From positions 32,001 through 96,000 of the IMG/VR virus record IMGVR_UViG_3300042894_006198: 64,000 bases of DNA, one strand, 5' to 3'. Under the pieces are notes generated by a model. That model saw nothing but the letters and a program-made list of their open reading frames with translations. It did not search any database and was not told where the DNA came from. The translations under genes were made by a program, and so were the position numbers. Shown in pieces: positions 1 through 8,184 of this stretch (position 1 is its first letter; each line of letters begins with the position of its first letter). Source of the stretch: a virus.

Positions 1-40
1 ATCTAGAAGTTACTAAGAAAAGTGGATTACCATTCTTTTA

Positions 41-60
41 AGATGACCTAACGGTCATCT
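41..60. other. Perfect 8-bp hairpin AGATGACC-TAAC-GGTCATCT
   Basis: Inverted repeat read directly. A second imperfect hairpin (GTGTAC..GTACAC, about 65-101) and T-tracts follow, so it may be a terminator or processing signal. Confidence 0.5.
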
Positions 61-199
61 ATTCGTGTACTAGCTTACGCTATCGCTACAGCTACGTACA
101 CTCATTTTTTTCTATTATTATTTTTTTGCCTATTTCTTTTTTGCAAAAAGGTGGATAAATGTAAAGTTAATTGCATATATCCACGATTTATAATCTTTC

Positions 200-618
200 T
201 TCCCTGCCTACTTGCGTAGAAGGTGCTCACTTCGTGTATTTTACTCAGGTAGGTTTGACTATGTCACCCCGAAACTTGTTAACAAGAAATACACCGCATA
301 CACTGTAAAGTTAATAACCGCAGTGAGTTAGTTATTAACACAGTCTCGACCCTTTTCCACTATCATCATGATCGAGCACTTGGTAAAAAAATAGTATCTT
401 TACCCCAACCTACTTTACAGTAGATCCAACTATTACGACAATAGAAACGTGATATACCTTGGGTATCCGTTTAAGCGTCCTTGTAACCATAATGGTTTTT
501 CGGATAGTCTATTGAAGATGCTGTAGAACTCAGCTAAGGCATTGACCAACTTTCATCAGTTTACCTACGTTGCGTTACTAGGTCATGCAACCGTACCCAT
601 TGTTCTATAAAACAGCCC
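200..618 (-). ncRNA. Candidate large structured non-coding RNA of unknown family
   Basis: No ORF of 60 aa or more. About ten nested helices (223-228/374-379, 234-241/287-294, 302-318/331-344, 382-387/399-404, 410-423, 430-444, 464-469/501-506, 569-573/587-591). Two hairpins have GNRA tetraloops (GCAA, GUAA) only when read on the minus strand. Confidence 0.55.
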
Positions 619-1131
619 TTAGTTTGAGACCTGAGAATGTTTTTTGAATATACCTGAGTTGAGAGTGAAAAATGTGTCTAATTCTGAGATAATCCATACA
701 CCGTAATCAGGACTTTTATATACCATATAACTTGGTACATCCCACTTTACAGTGTCTTGGACAGCAATGTAACGACCTTTATGATTAAATTTCATAAACA
801 GCACGTTTAAGTCATGCTCGTCGCTTACATCTAATAGTTGTTGTAACCAACCATTCAATACTTTGCAATTAGTTAGTAGTTGATGAAAAGGAAAGTCTCC
901 ATAGTTTTTGCATTCAATATTGAGCAATGGAAACGACACCCCAGGTATAATATCCCCCTTAAAGCTGCGTACCTGCCCTTCATGCAATACTTCTTTACGT
1001 CCCTTATTTGATCCACCAACATATGCGCCACTATTTGGAACACGAATAAAAGATTCATTATACCTATCACTTAAGTATTTTGCAATCTCTCGTTCAAAAC
1101 TACTTCCTTTAATTTTACTTGCTGATGGCAT
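619..1131 (-). CDS. Holliday junction resolvase (Hjc-like PD-(D/E)XK nuclease)
   Basis: KG-x-x-FERE N-terminus, SGA, GDII and IECK catalytic motifs; adjacent to gp46/gp47. Confidence 0.85.
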   Translation of the reverse strand: MPSASKIKGSSFEREIAKYLSDRYNESFIRVPNSGAYVGGSNKGRKEVLHEGQVRSFKGDIIPGVSFPLLNIECKNYGDFPFHQLLTNCKVLNGWLQQLLDVSDEHDLNVLFMKFNHKGRYIAVQDTVKWDVPSYMVYKSPDYGVWIISELDTFFTLNSGIFKKHSQVSN

Positions 1132-1147
1132 AATCCCTACTTATACC

Positions 1148-3313
1148 CTATGCTGCCAAACTATTTTTTTCATTTGACAACTGATAACTTGTAAACCCAC
1201 CTTCTTTGACCACTTGTAGCACGTTAGTTACACGACTTACAAGCTCATCACGATGTGAGATTAACCAAACTGATTTGTCCCTGCGTCTGCCTAATTCTTT
1301 AAATAACATGACCGCATTTTCTACACCAACACTATCTAACCCATTATCAATCATTTCATCAACAAATAATAAGTTGATACCTTGGTATAAATTTTCCCAT
1401 ACATCCCTAAAAGCAAATGATAGGGATAGTATTAATCTTGTACTTTCACCACGACTAAAGTTACCATAACTTAGCTCACGACCTAATTCAGTAATTTCTA
1501 CCGATAAATCGTTTTGAAACTTCACACGATGTGGTAAACCCATCTTATCTAAATAATGACTCAAACGTGAATTCAAATAATTTAGATTTTGGTCAATAAT
1601 TTTCTTACGCAAAAAGCTTTTCTTATTGGTCAGTAAATCTAACAAATATTCTTGGTGCTTTAACATACGTGTTAAATCATTCAATTGATCATATGACACT
1701 ACCGCAATACTATTAGTCATCATGTCATTAATTTGCTCTGCATAAGGATCAACTTCTTCAAAACGCTTTTCTAACGCTTGTTCCAACTTTTCAACAGTGC
1801 TTTGATGCTTTAAAGCTGCTTCTAAAGTACTGTATATGGTAGTAGGCTTATCACCTAACTCACCTACCTCTAACTTTACGTTGTCATATTGTTCGTTTAG
1901 TGCATCAATATCATTGTCATGAAGTGTTGTAGTTTGTTGAAAATCTTGCTGTAATTTCAATGTTTTTTCAGATAAAGAGTCAATAGTTGACTTATGATTT
2001 AACGCTTCTTCTAATGTTTTATAGTGTACAGCAGGAATTGTTGGTATATTACCAATATCTTTAAGTATAGTATTATATTCTTTTGCCTGATTTTCTGCTG
2101 TACTTAATTCAGTTTTCAGTTCAGCTAAACGATCTTCTTTGTTTTTTAGCGTAAGCTTATGTGTTTGATCATGATAATCTTGACCACATGCATAGCATTT
2201 ATGATCATGTAACTTCACTAATTCTTCGTTAATAGTTGCAATTTCTTTATTCAACCGTGTACAAGTAGCATTGCTAGCATCAAATAATTTCTTAGTATTA
2301 TCTCTTGTAAGAGTTTTATCCTTAATTTCAGAAATAATTTTTAAGTTTTTAATTTCGATATTAATATCAATATTTTTTAACGCATTCATCTGCGTAACTA
2401 TTGCTTCTTTATTTTTCTTGTAAGTTATTACCGCATCATTATATCGTTTGTTTAATTTTGCTGTTTCCGCAGTAAAATGAGTTTTGGCATTGGTTAGCTT
2501 AGTATAATTTTCATTATACTTTGATAGTGTGCGATGTGAGGCAAGTTCTTGTTGAATATCAATTTTGTATAATTCAACTAATTGATTCGTATAATTGGCA
2601 ACATCCTCATCTTTTTTGGTAATCCATAGTGCTTGTCTACGCTTAAGATTATCAATTTGTTCTTGTATTTTGGTGTTTGCGTCTTGCAACCCACGTATTT
2701 TAAATTCTTCTTGTTGAATTTGATCTTTTACTGAACGATTTAATTCTTTAATACTTTCTGCTTTTTCTGAAAGTATAGTAATACCAAGTAATTGTTCAAT
2801 AATTTCACGTTGGTCTGCTGCTTTAAGTGCTAAAAATGGTTCATTATAAGTGTTTAAGGCAACAGTATGCTTAAACATCTCAGAAGAAATTCCAACAACG
2901 GATTCAATTGCAAGCTGTGTTTCACGACTATCTCCTTGACTTTCATTTTCATCTTCTGAGAATTCTTGCTCAGCATTATCAACATAAAATTTAAGTATAT
3001 TTGGTTTACGACCACGTTCAATACGATATTCTGTGCCATTTACCTCAAAGTCTAAAGTAACTAACATATGTTTACCGTTAGTCAGGTTAATTAAATTATC
3101 TCTTTTAATATTATTAAGTACGCTACCATATAATACATAGCACAATGCTTGAATAATCGTTGATTTACCTGTGCCATTACGTGCACCATCACCGCCTAAG
3201 TCACGATTTTCACCAAGAATAAGTGTTAAATCGTTGCGAGCAAAGTTAATATACTGTGATACTGCACCAACAGATAAGAAGTTTTTAATCGATAGTTGTT
3301 TTATAATTATCAT
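1148..3313 (-). CDS. gp46: Recombination endonuclease ATPase subunit (T4 gp46 / SbcC / Rad50-like)
   Basis: IKNFLS N-terminus, Walker A NGTGKST, coiled coil with CYAC zinc hook, FSRGE signature, Walker B LFVDE, ISH motif. Confidence 0.95.
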   Translation of the reverse strand: MIIIKQLSIKNFLSVGAVSQYINFARNDLTLILGENRDLGGDGARNGTGKSTIIQALCYVLYGSVLNNIKRDNLINLTNGKHMLVTLDFEVNGTEYRIERGRKPNILKFYVDNAEQEFSEDENESQGDSRETQLAIESVVGISSEMFKHTVALNTYNEPFLALKAADQREIIEQLLGITILSEKAESIKELNRSVKDQIQQEEFKIRGLQDANTKIQEQIDNLKRRQALWITKKDEDVANYTNQLVELYKIDIQQELASHRTLSKYNENYTKLTNAKTHFTAETAKLNKRYNDAVITYKKNKEAIVTQMNALKNIDINIEIKNLKIISEIKDKTLTRDNTKKLFDASNATCTRLNKEIATINEELVKLHDHKCYACGQDYHDQTHKLTLKNKEDRLAELKTELSTAENQAKEYNTILKDIGNIPTIPAVHYKTLEEALNHKSTIDSLSEKTLKLQQDFQQTTTLHDNDIDALNEQYDNVKLEVGELGDKPTTIYSTLEAALKHQSTVEKLEQALEKRFEEVDPYAEQINDMMTNSIAVVSYDQLNDLTRMLKHQEYLLDLLTNKKSFLRKKIIDQNLNYLNSRLSHYLDKMGLPHRVKFQNDLSVEITELGRELSYGNFSRGESTRLILSLSFAFRDVWENLYQGINLLFVDEMIDNGLDSVGVENAVMLFKELGRRRDKSVWLISHRDELVSRVTNVLQVVKEGGFTSYQLSNEKNSLAA

Positions 3314-4326
3314 AGATTTTTATAGATATTGAGCAATAATTGCTTGTCAAACTTACCCTCATCAAGTTGTTCAATTTGGGATAGTACTATAGCATCAACG
3401 GATTCAAATTGCAAATTGGCTTCAAAATTATTGTCAGTTTCAATATCCACTCGTTGTGGAATCATAGTCATTTCACGCAATTTATATTCTTTCATAATTG
3501 TTTCCTTTATGCTGCTAGACTCCTCATAACTTATATCTGTATCAATAGTGATGCGTAAACACCCATTTTGAATCAGTAATGAGTCAGGGTTTTCTAAAAT
3601 TTGTGTTAAATTATATGTACGAAATTTAGGTTGATTAGGCCACGAATGATAAGTTGGTTTATCGCCCCATGCTAGTATCATCATGCCACGATCATCATCA
3701 TTTACATCACTATAATTATGCGGAAATGCGTTACCAATATATGTGATGTTTCCTTTTGTTTGGCGTTTATGAAAATGTCCTGTAAAAACATGGTCAAAAT
3801 GTTGTAGTTGATTACGATTGATTTCACCATGATCAGGCATTTCAACCATAGCATTCATATAGAATGATGGTAATTCAAAGTGACCAAACAAGTATTGTGC
3901 GTTTAACTTTTGTAATTTTTTATAATCTTCACCAATAAGCCATGGTGCAATGATGCAATCCCCATCAACAATCCAATCGTTACAAATAATAATTCGATCA
4001 AGGTGTTTTGCCCATTCCATACTCTGTACATCACGACGATCTCTATAATACAAGTCATGATTACCCACGATGAAATATATTTTTTCAAAGTTTTCATTGA
4101 GTTTTTCTAGTGCCCGTAAACTATAATTTTGTGTTAGTACATTAATTGTTGCACGATTATGGTTCCAATCACCTAGAAAAAAACATGTTTCACACCCATG
4201 TTTTTTAGCGGTTGCTATAAACCATTCGACAAATTGTAAGCAGTCTTCGTTATGTTGTATACTATTGTTCTTTAGACCAAAGTGTATATCGGTAAAAACT
4301 GCTGCTTTTTTAAATAAATTAGTCAT
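3310..4326 (-). CDS. gp47: Recombination endonuclease nuclease subunit (T4 gp47 / SbcD / Mre11-like)
   Basis: Metallophosphoesterase motifs DIHFG, GDW, GNHD, GHF, GHFH; overlaps the gp46 start. Confidence 0.95.
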   Translation of the reverse strand: MTNLFKKAAVFTDIHFGLKNNSIQHNEDCLQFVEWFIATAKKHGCETCFFLGDWNHNRATINVLTQNYSLRALEKLNENFEKIYFIVGNHDLYYRDRRDVQSMEWAKHLDRIIICNDWIVDGDCIIAPWLIGEDYKKLQKLNAQYLFGHFELPSFYMNAMVEMPDHGEINRNQLQHFDHVFTGHFHKRQTKGNITYIGNAFPHNYSDVNDDDRGMMILAWGDKPTYHSWPNQPKFRTYNLTQILENPDSLLIQNGCLRITIDTDISYEESSSIKETIMKEYKLREMTMIPQRVDIETDNNFEANLQFESVDAIVLSQIEQLDEGKFDKQLLLNIYKNL

Positions 4327-4332
4327 TCAAAG

Positions 4333-4361
4333 AATGTACTGTAGCTTGTATGACAAGTCAA
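4333..4361 (-). promoter_or_regulatory. sigma70-type promoter for gp47-gp46
   Basis: Minus strand TTGACT-17 nt-TACATT. The predicted +1 falls at about the gp47 ATG (4326). Confidence 0.6.
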
Positions 4362-4365
4362 AAAA

Positions 4366-5253
4366 TTAGGATTCCTCAGCAAATTGACGTGACCAACTTG
4401 GATTTAACCCGTTAGCCTCTAGTATGTCATCACGTATACCTTGATTTTTCTTTTCTGTGTTCAATACTCGACAGAAAGAATTAGTAATGGCTGCGGTATA
4501 ATACGCAAAAGGATTGCTAGATTTAGCTTCGTTAAATCGTAAACCAACATAAGTCAACTGTAAAATTGCTGCGCCACGCATTTCATCATTATAGGTATAA
4601 CCACGCCAATTAAACCTCATGGCATATTTTTCACACAGCATAAGATACATTTTTGCTAATTTGTTAGTAATTTGCCCTTTATCTTTGTCAAAGTGCCCTG
4701 TATAGATATCTCCCTGCCAATGTGATTTACCAACACAATACATTTGGTTACCTGCTTCAGCATAGCGAAAATGTTGGAATGGTGGAAAATTAACACGAAC
4801 ATGACTCATATCGTTCATGCCCATTTCTTTGTTTAGTTTAGGATCATCTAAATCCTCGTAAGTTACTTCTTCATCCAAATCAAATTCAAATAATTCACGT
4901 GCTGATTTCTTTTTGTCTACTTTTCTAGCTTGTTTTGGTGCAAGTGGTATGTGATCCCATGTCATCACTCTGAAAACTAAATCAATATGGTCAATAGTGC
5001 TTGGGTCAATTTTAGTACCACTTTCAACTCCTAAACGATACGCACGATTTTCTTTTGCTTTTTGGATAACTTCAGGACGTAATGCAATGGCTAAGCTATT
5101 TTCAAGTGATACACCTTCTTCATAATCAATAATGTAATCATATTGATGGTCTTCAGGTTCTCGGTAACTGCAGTAAGTATTTTTGCTTAGGTGTATTTCT
5201 TTTAGTATGTCCTTATTATTAAGGTAGTTAAGGGGTTTTTTAATGACTGTCAT
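4366..5253 (-). CDS. gp55: Late-transcription sigma factor (T4 gp55-like)
   Basis: NYLNNKDILKEI N-terminus and NWRGYTYNDEM...RFNEAKSSNPFAYYT motif; T4-like gene order 55-47-46. Start moved from the track's 5289 to the ATG at 5253. Confidence 0.85.
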   Translation of the reverse strand: MTVIKKPLNYLNNKDILKEIHLSKNTYCSYREPEDHQYDYIIDYEEGVSLENSLAIALRPEVIQKAKENRAYRLGVESGTKIDPSTIDHIDLVFRVMTWDHIPLAPKQARKVDKKKSARELFEFDLDEEVTYEDLDDPKLNKEMGMNDMSHVRVNFPPFQHFRYAEAGNQMYCVGKSHWQGDIYTGHFDKDKGQITNKLAKMYLMLCEKYAMRFNWRGYTYNDEMRGAAILQLTYVGLRFNEAKSSNPFAYYTAAITNSFCRVLNTEKKNQGIRDDILEANGLNPSWSRQFAEES

Positions 5254-5385
5254 AGGGTTCCAAATGTTATAATACCTGTATTGTTGCACAGTTACAACAA
5301 AAAATCAAGAAATTTGGATTTATACAGGTGGATAGAGAATTATTTACTGCTATGAATTATAGATAAAAATACGACTTTTTAAAAT

Positions 5386-5393
5386 CATAAATA
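5386..5393 (+). promoter_or_regulatory. Late promoter (TATAAATA-like, CATAAATA)
   Basis: T4 late-promoter-like octamer just upstream of the first structural gene. Confidence 0.55.
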
Positions 5394-5412
5394 TAAAAAG
5401 AAGGGTAGAATC

Positions 5413-7884
5413 ATGTCATCAAAAGTACCATCACAAGCAGATTTACAAGCTAATAGAACGGTTCTTGAAAATCGTAATGCTAATTTAGAAAAATTAAAAG
5501 CTAAAGCATTAGCTAATGGTAGTGCGAATACTGCGGCTGAATATCAGCGCATGATTAATGAGAATAATATTAAAATAAATGATTATACTGCCAATATTAA
5601 TAACTATACTAATTATTTTAAAGCAGAGACTGAGCAACTTAATTATGAAAAATGGGTTGAAGGTGGCACGAAAGGAACGGAAGCAAACCCTATACCATCA
5701 AGCATTAAAGCTCAGACTACAACCACTGTTACTGAAGTATCCACTGATTCAGGTGGCGGAACTTATACAGTTAGTAGGGCAAAAGATACACCCAATGCAA
5801 CTAGTCAAGGTTTACAATCAAACGCTGATAAGTTAAAAGCACAGTCAGAATTGTATTTGGTTGATCCCAATACTACAGCAGGGCAAAAATTATTACAACA
5901 AGGGTTAGACAATGGCACTATTACCCAAGCACAGTTAACAGAAATTAAATCATTATCGCCTGATCAACGTTTTGATAAAGCATCTGACATAGCAAATCAA
6001 GGAATCTCACTTGAAAGCCAAGCACAAGCTGCTATGACACGTGGTGAAACATCAGTAAATTATGCGCCTAGTACCACAACAACCCGTGTTAACACTGTTA
6101 CTACTGATACAGGTAATGTAAACCCAAGACCGTTAACAGGTGCTGTTCCTGAAGCAGGTATTACTACTCAAAATGTTGGCAATCTTACGGTACAAGCAGT
6201 TAATAACAATAACGGTACAACCTCTTTAACTGCGCCATCAGGTTTAAGTGTTACTGTTGACAATAATCCTGTTGCTGCGACAAATGCAAATACAATTATA
6301 AATCCTGCAAGTGATCCTAACACAAACCCAAATACTTCGCCTGTTAATACACCTTCGCAAGTAAGTTCATCAGACATTGCTGCAGAATGGCGTGGACAAG
6401 CGTTACAAGCACAACAACAAAAAACTGATGCAGAGGTAAGATTAGCAAGCACTACGCAACAACGAGTACAAAATGATTTAGAAATTGTACGACTACGAGA
6501 ACAAATTTCTAATCCTAATACAGCACCTGATGCAAGAAATATAGCAGAACAACAACTTGCATCATTAACTAATGAAAATAGTACGCTAGCTATACAACAA
6601 AATGCGATTACTTCAGAAATACAAAATTACCAAACTGCTATAAATCTTTCTACTGCTAATGCAGAATCTGCTGAAGCTGCCCCTGAAGGAGTTAATAATC
6701 CTGTAGCTCAAGTTGTTGGCGAAGAACCTTCAATATTATTGACACCTGAAACACAGAATGAAGCTGCATTTTTAGAAGCCAATGGTGCTGTATATAATGA
6801 ACCACCAACCATAGATCCTGCAACTAGCGGAGAAAATTTTGTTGATTTTGATGATGCACCTATACCACGTAGTCAACAAACCATTGACCCAAATAGTGAT
6901 GCAGGTCTTGCAGCATTGGAAGGCATTGATACACCAAGTATCGATCCTGCCTTTGGAGAAGATGAATATGGTGCAGGTGGCGAAACAATTGGCCCAGGCG
7001 CAACCATCGGCGTTCGTGCACAACCAAATACAGATCAATTTGTTGGTGATTCTAATAATAGTAATCAATCACCTGCTGTAAAATTTCAAAAAGCTGCTGA
7101 TTGGCGTGTACGCATTAGTTTAGCTCCAAGCGCAACCTATTTGTATAAAGACCCAAAAATAAGTAATAAAGATATATTATATCCATTACAATCAACGAAT
7201 GGTGTAATATTTCCTTACTTACCTACTGTACAGTTAAATTATACTGCTAATTATGATGCAACTGAACCTACACATAGTAACTACAAAATTTTTAGTTATC
7301 GTAATAGCGCAGTAAGCGATATTCAAATTACAGGTGATTTTACTGCACAAAACGTATCCGAAGCCATATACTTACGTGCTGTAATACATTTTTTTCGTAG
7401 CGCAGCTAAGATGTTTTATGGACAAGATCAAGCACCTAAAGCAGGTACTCCACCACCCTTACTTTACTTAAGTGGTTTTGGTGAATATCAATTTGATAAT
7501 CATCCTATGGTGATTAGTAGTTTTAACTATAGTTTGCCCAATGATGTAGATTATATCATGGCAGGTTCAGTAAGCGGTGGTATTAGACAAAGTAATAATC
7601 AAAACCTTAGCCCACCTGCTACATCAACTAATCCATTTTTAACACAGTTTAATCGTTTAGTAGGTAGTAGGTTAGAAAAAGGTGCATTGAATAGACCACC
7701 TGAATTTAGAACAGTGATAACAGGTGAAACAACCCGTATACCTACAAAGATACAAATACAACTAACTTTCCATCCGATAGTAACACGTCGAACGATAAGT
7801 AATAAATTCAGTTTACGTGATTATGCAACAGGAAAATTATTACAAGGAAGCACCAACGCAGGTTTTGGTGGAGGAGTATGGTAA
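5413..7884 (+). CDS. Baseplate tail-tube cap/initiator-like protein (gp48/gp54-like C-terminal domain) with long N-terminal extension
   Basis: C-terminal about 260 aa: DWRVRI...VIFPYLPTV...HSNY...ITGDFTAQN...PPPLLYLSGFG...PMVISSFNYSLP, resembling tube-fold proteins; precedes the gp53-like gene. Confidence 0.65.
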   Translation: MSSKVPSQADLQANRTVLENRNANLEKLKAKALANGSANTAAEYQRMINENNIKINDYTANINNYTNYFKAETEQLNYEKWVEGGTKGTEANPIPSSIKAQTTTTVTEVSTDSGGGTYTVSRAKDTPNATSQGLQSNADKLKAQSELYLVDPNTTAGQKLLQQGLDNGTITQAQLTEIKSLSPDQRFDKASDIANQGISLESQAQAAMTRGETSVNYAPSTTTTRVNTVTTDTGNVNPRPLTGAVPEAGITTQNVGNLTVQAVNNNNGTTSLTAPSGLSVTVDNNPVAATNANTIINPASDPNTNPNTSPVNTPSQVSSSDIAAEWRGQALQAQQQKTDAEVRLASTTQQRVQNDLEIVRLREQISNPNTAPDARNIAEQQLASLTNENSTLAIQQNAITSEIQNYQTAINLSTANAESAEAAPEGVNNPVAQVVGEEPSILLTPETQNEAAFLEANGAVYNEPPTIDPATSGENFVDFDDAPIPRSQQTIDPNSDAGLAALEGIDTPSIDPAFGEDEYGAGGETIGPGATIGVRAQPNTDQFVGDSNNSNQSPAVKFQKAADWRVRISLAPSATYLYKDPKISNKDILYPLQSTNGVIFPYLPTVQLNYTANYDATEPTHSNYKIFSYRNSAVSDIQITGDFTAQNVSEAIYLRAVIHFFRSAAKMFYGQDQAPKAGTPPPLLYLSGFGEYQFDNHPMVISSFNYSLPNDVDYIMAGSVSGGIRQSNNQNLSPPATSTNPFLTQFNRLVGSRLEKGALNRPPEFRTVITGETTRIPTKIQIQLTFHPIVTRRTISNKFSLRDYATGKLLQGSTNAGFGGGVW

Positions 7885-8184
7885 ATGAAATATCCATCAA
7901 CTAGCCCTTATTATCTAACCAACGTAGTCAATAATGCTTACTTAGACGTTATGACTAATCGCCCTATACCTATTAATACAGGTGATGTATATTGGGAAAT
8001 TACATCAACTTACCATTTACGTCCTGATTTATTAGCTTTTGACTTATATGATGAATCAAAATTATGGTGGGTATTTGCACAGCGTAACCCAAATACGTTG
8101 GTAGATCCGTTATACGATTTTGTTCAAGGCAAAAGAATATATCTACCTAAAGCAGAAACATTAAAAGCAGTGTTAGGATTATAA
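7885..8184 (+). CDS. gp53: Baseplate wedge protein, gp53-like (LysM-related)
   Basis: RPDLLAFDLY...LWWVFAQRN motif, size and position. Confidence 0.8.
   Translation: MKYPSTSPYYLTNVVNNAYLDVMTNRPIPINTGDVYWEITSTYHLRPDLLAFDLYDESKLWWVFAQRNPNTLVDPLYDFVQGKRIYLPKAETLKAVLGL

Noticed and set aside
250-352. Group I intron R/S-like words on the minus strand (GAGACTG ... GACATAGTC)
   Set aside because: The R-like word is better paired in a local hairpin (302-306/340-344). I found no P/Q elements and no interrupted gene.
495-562. Hammerhead-like CUGAUGA...GAAA on the minus strand
   Set aside because: No stem II pairing between the two core motifs.
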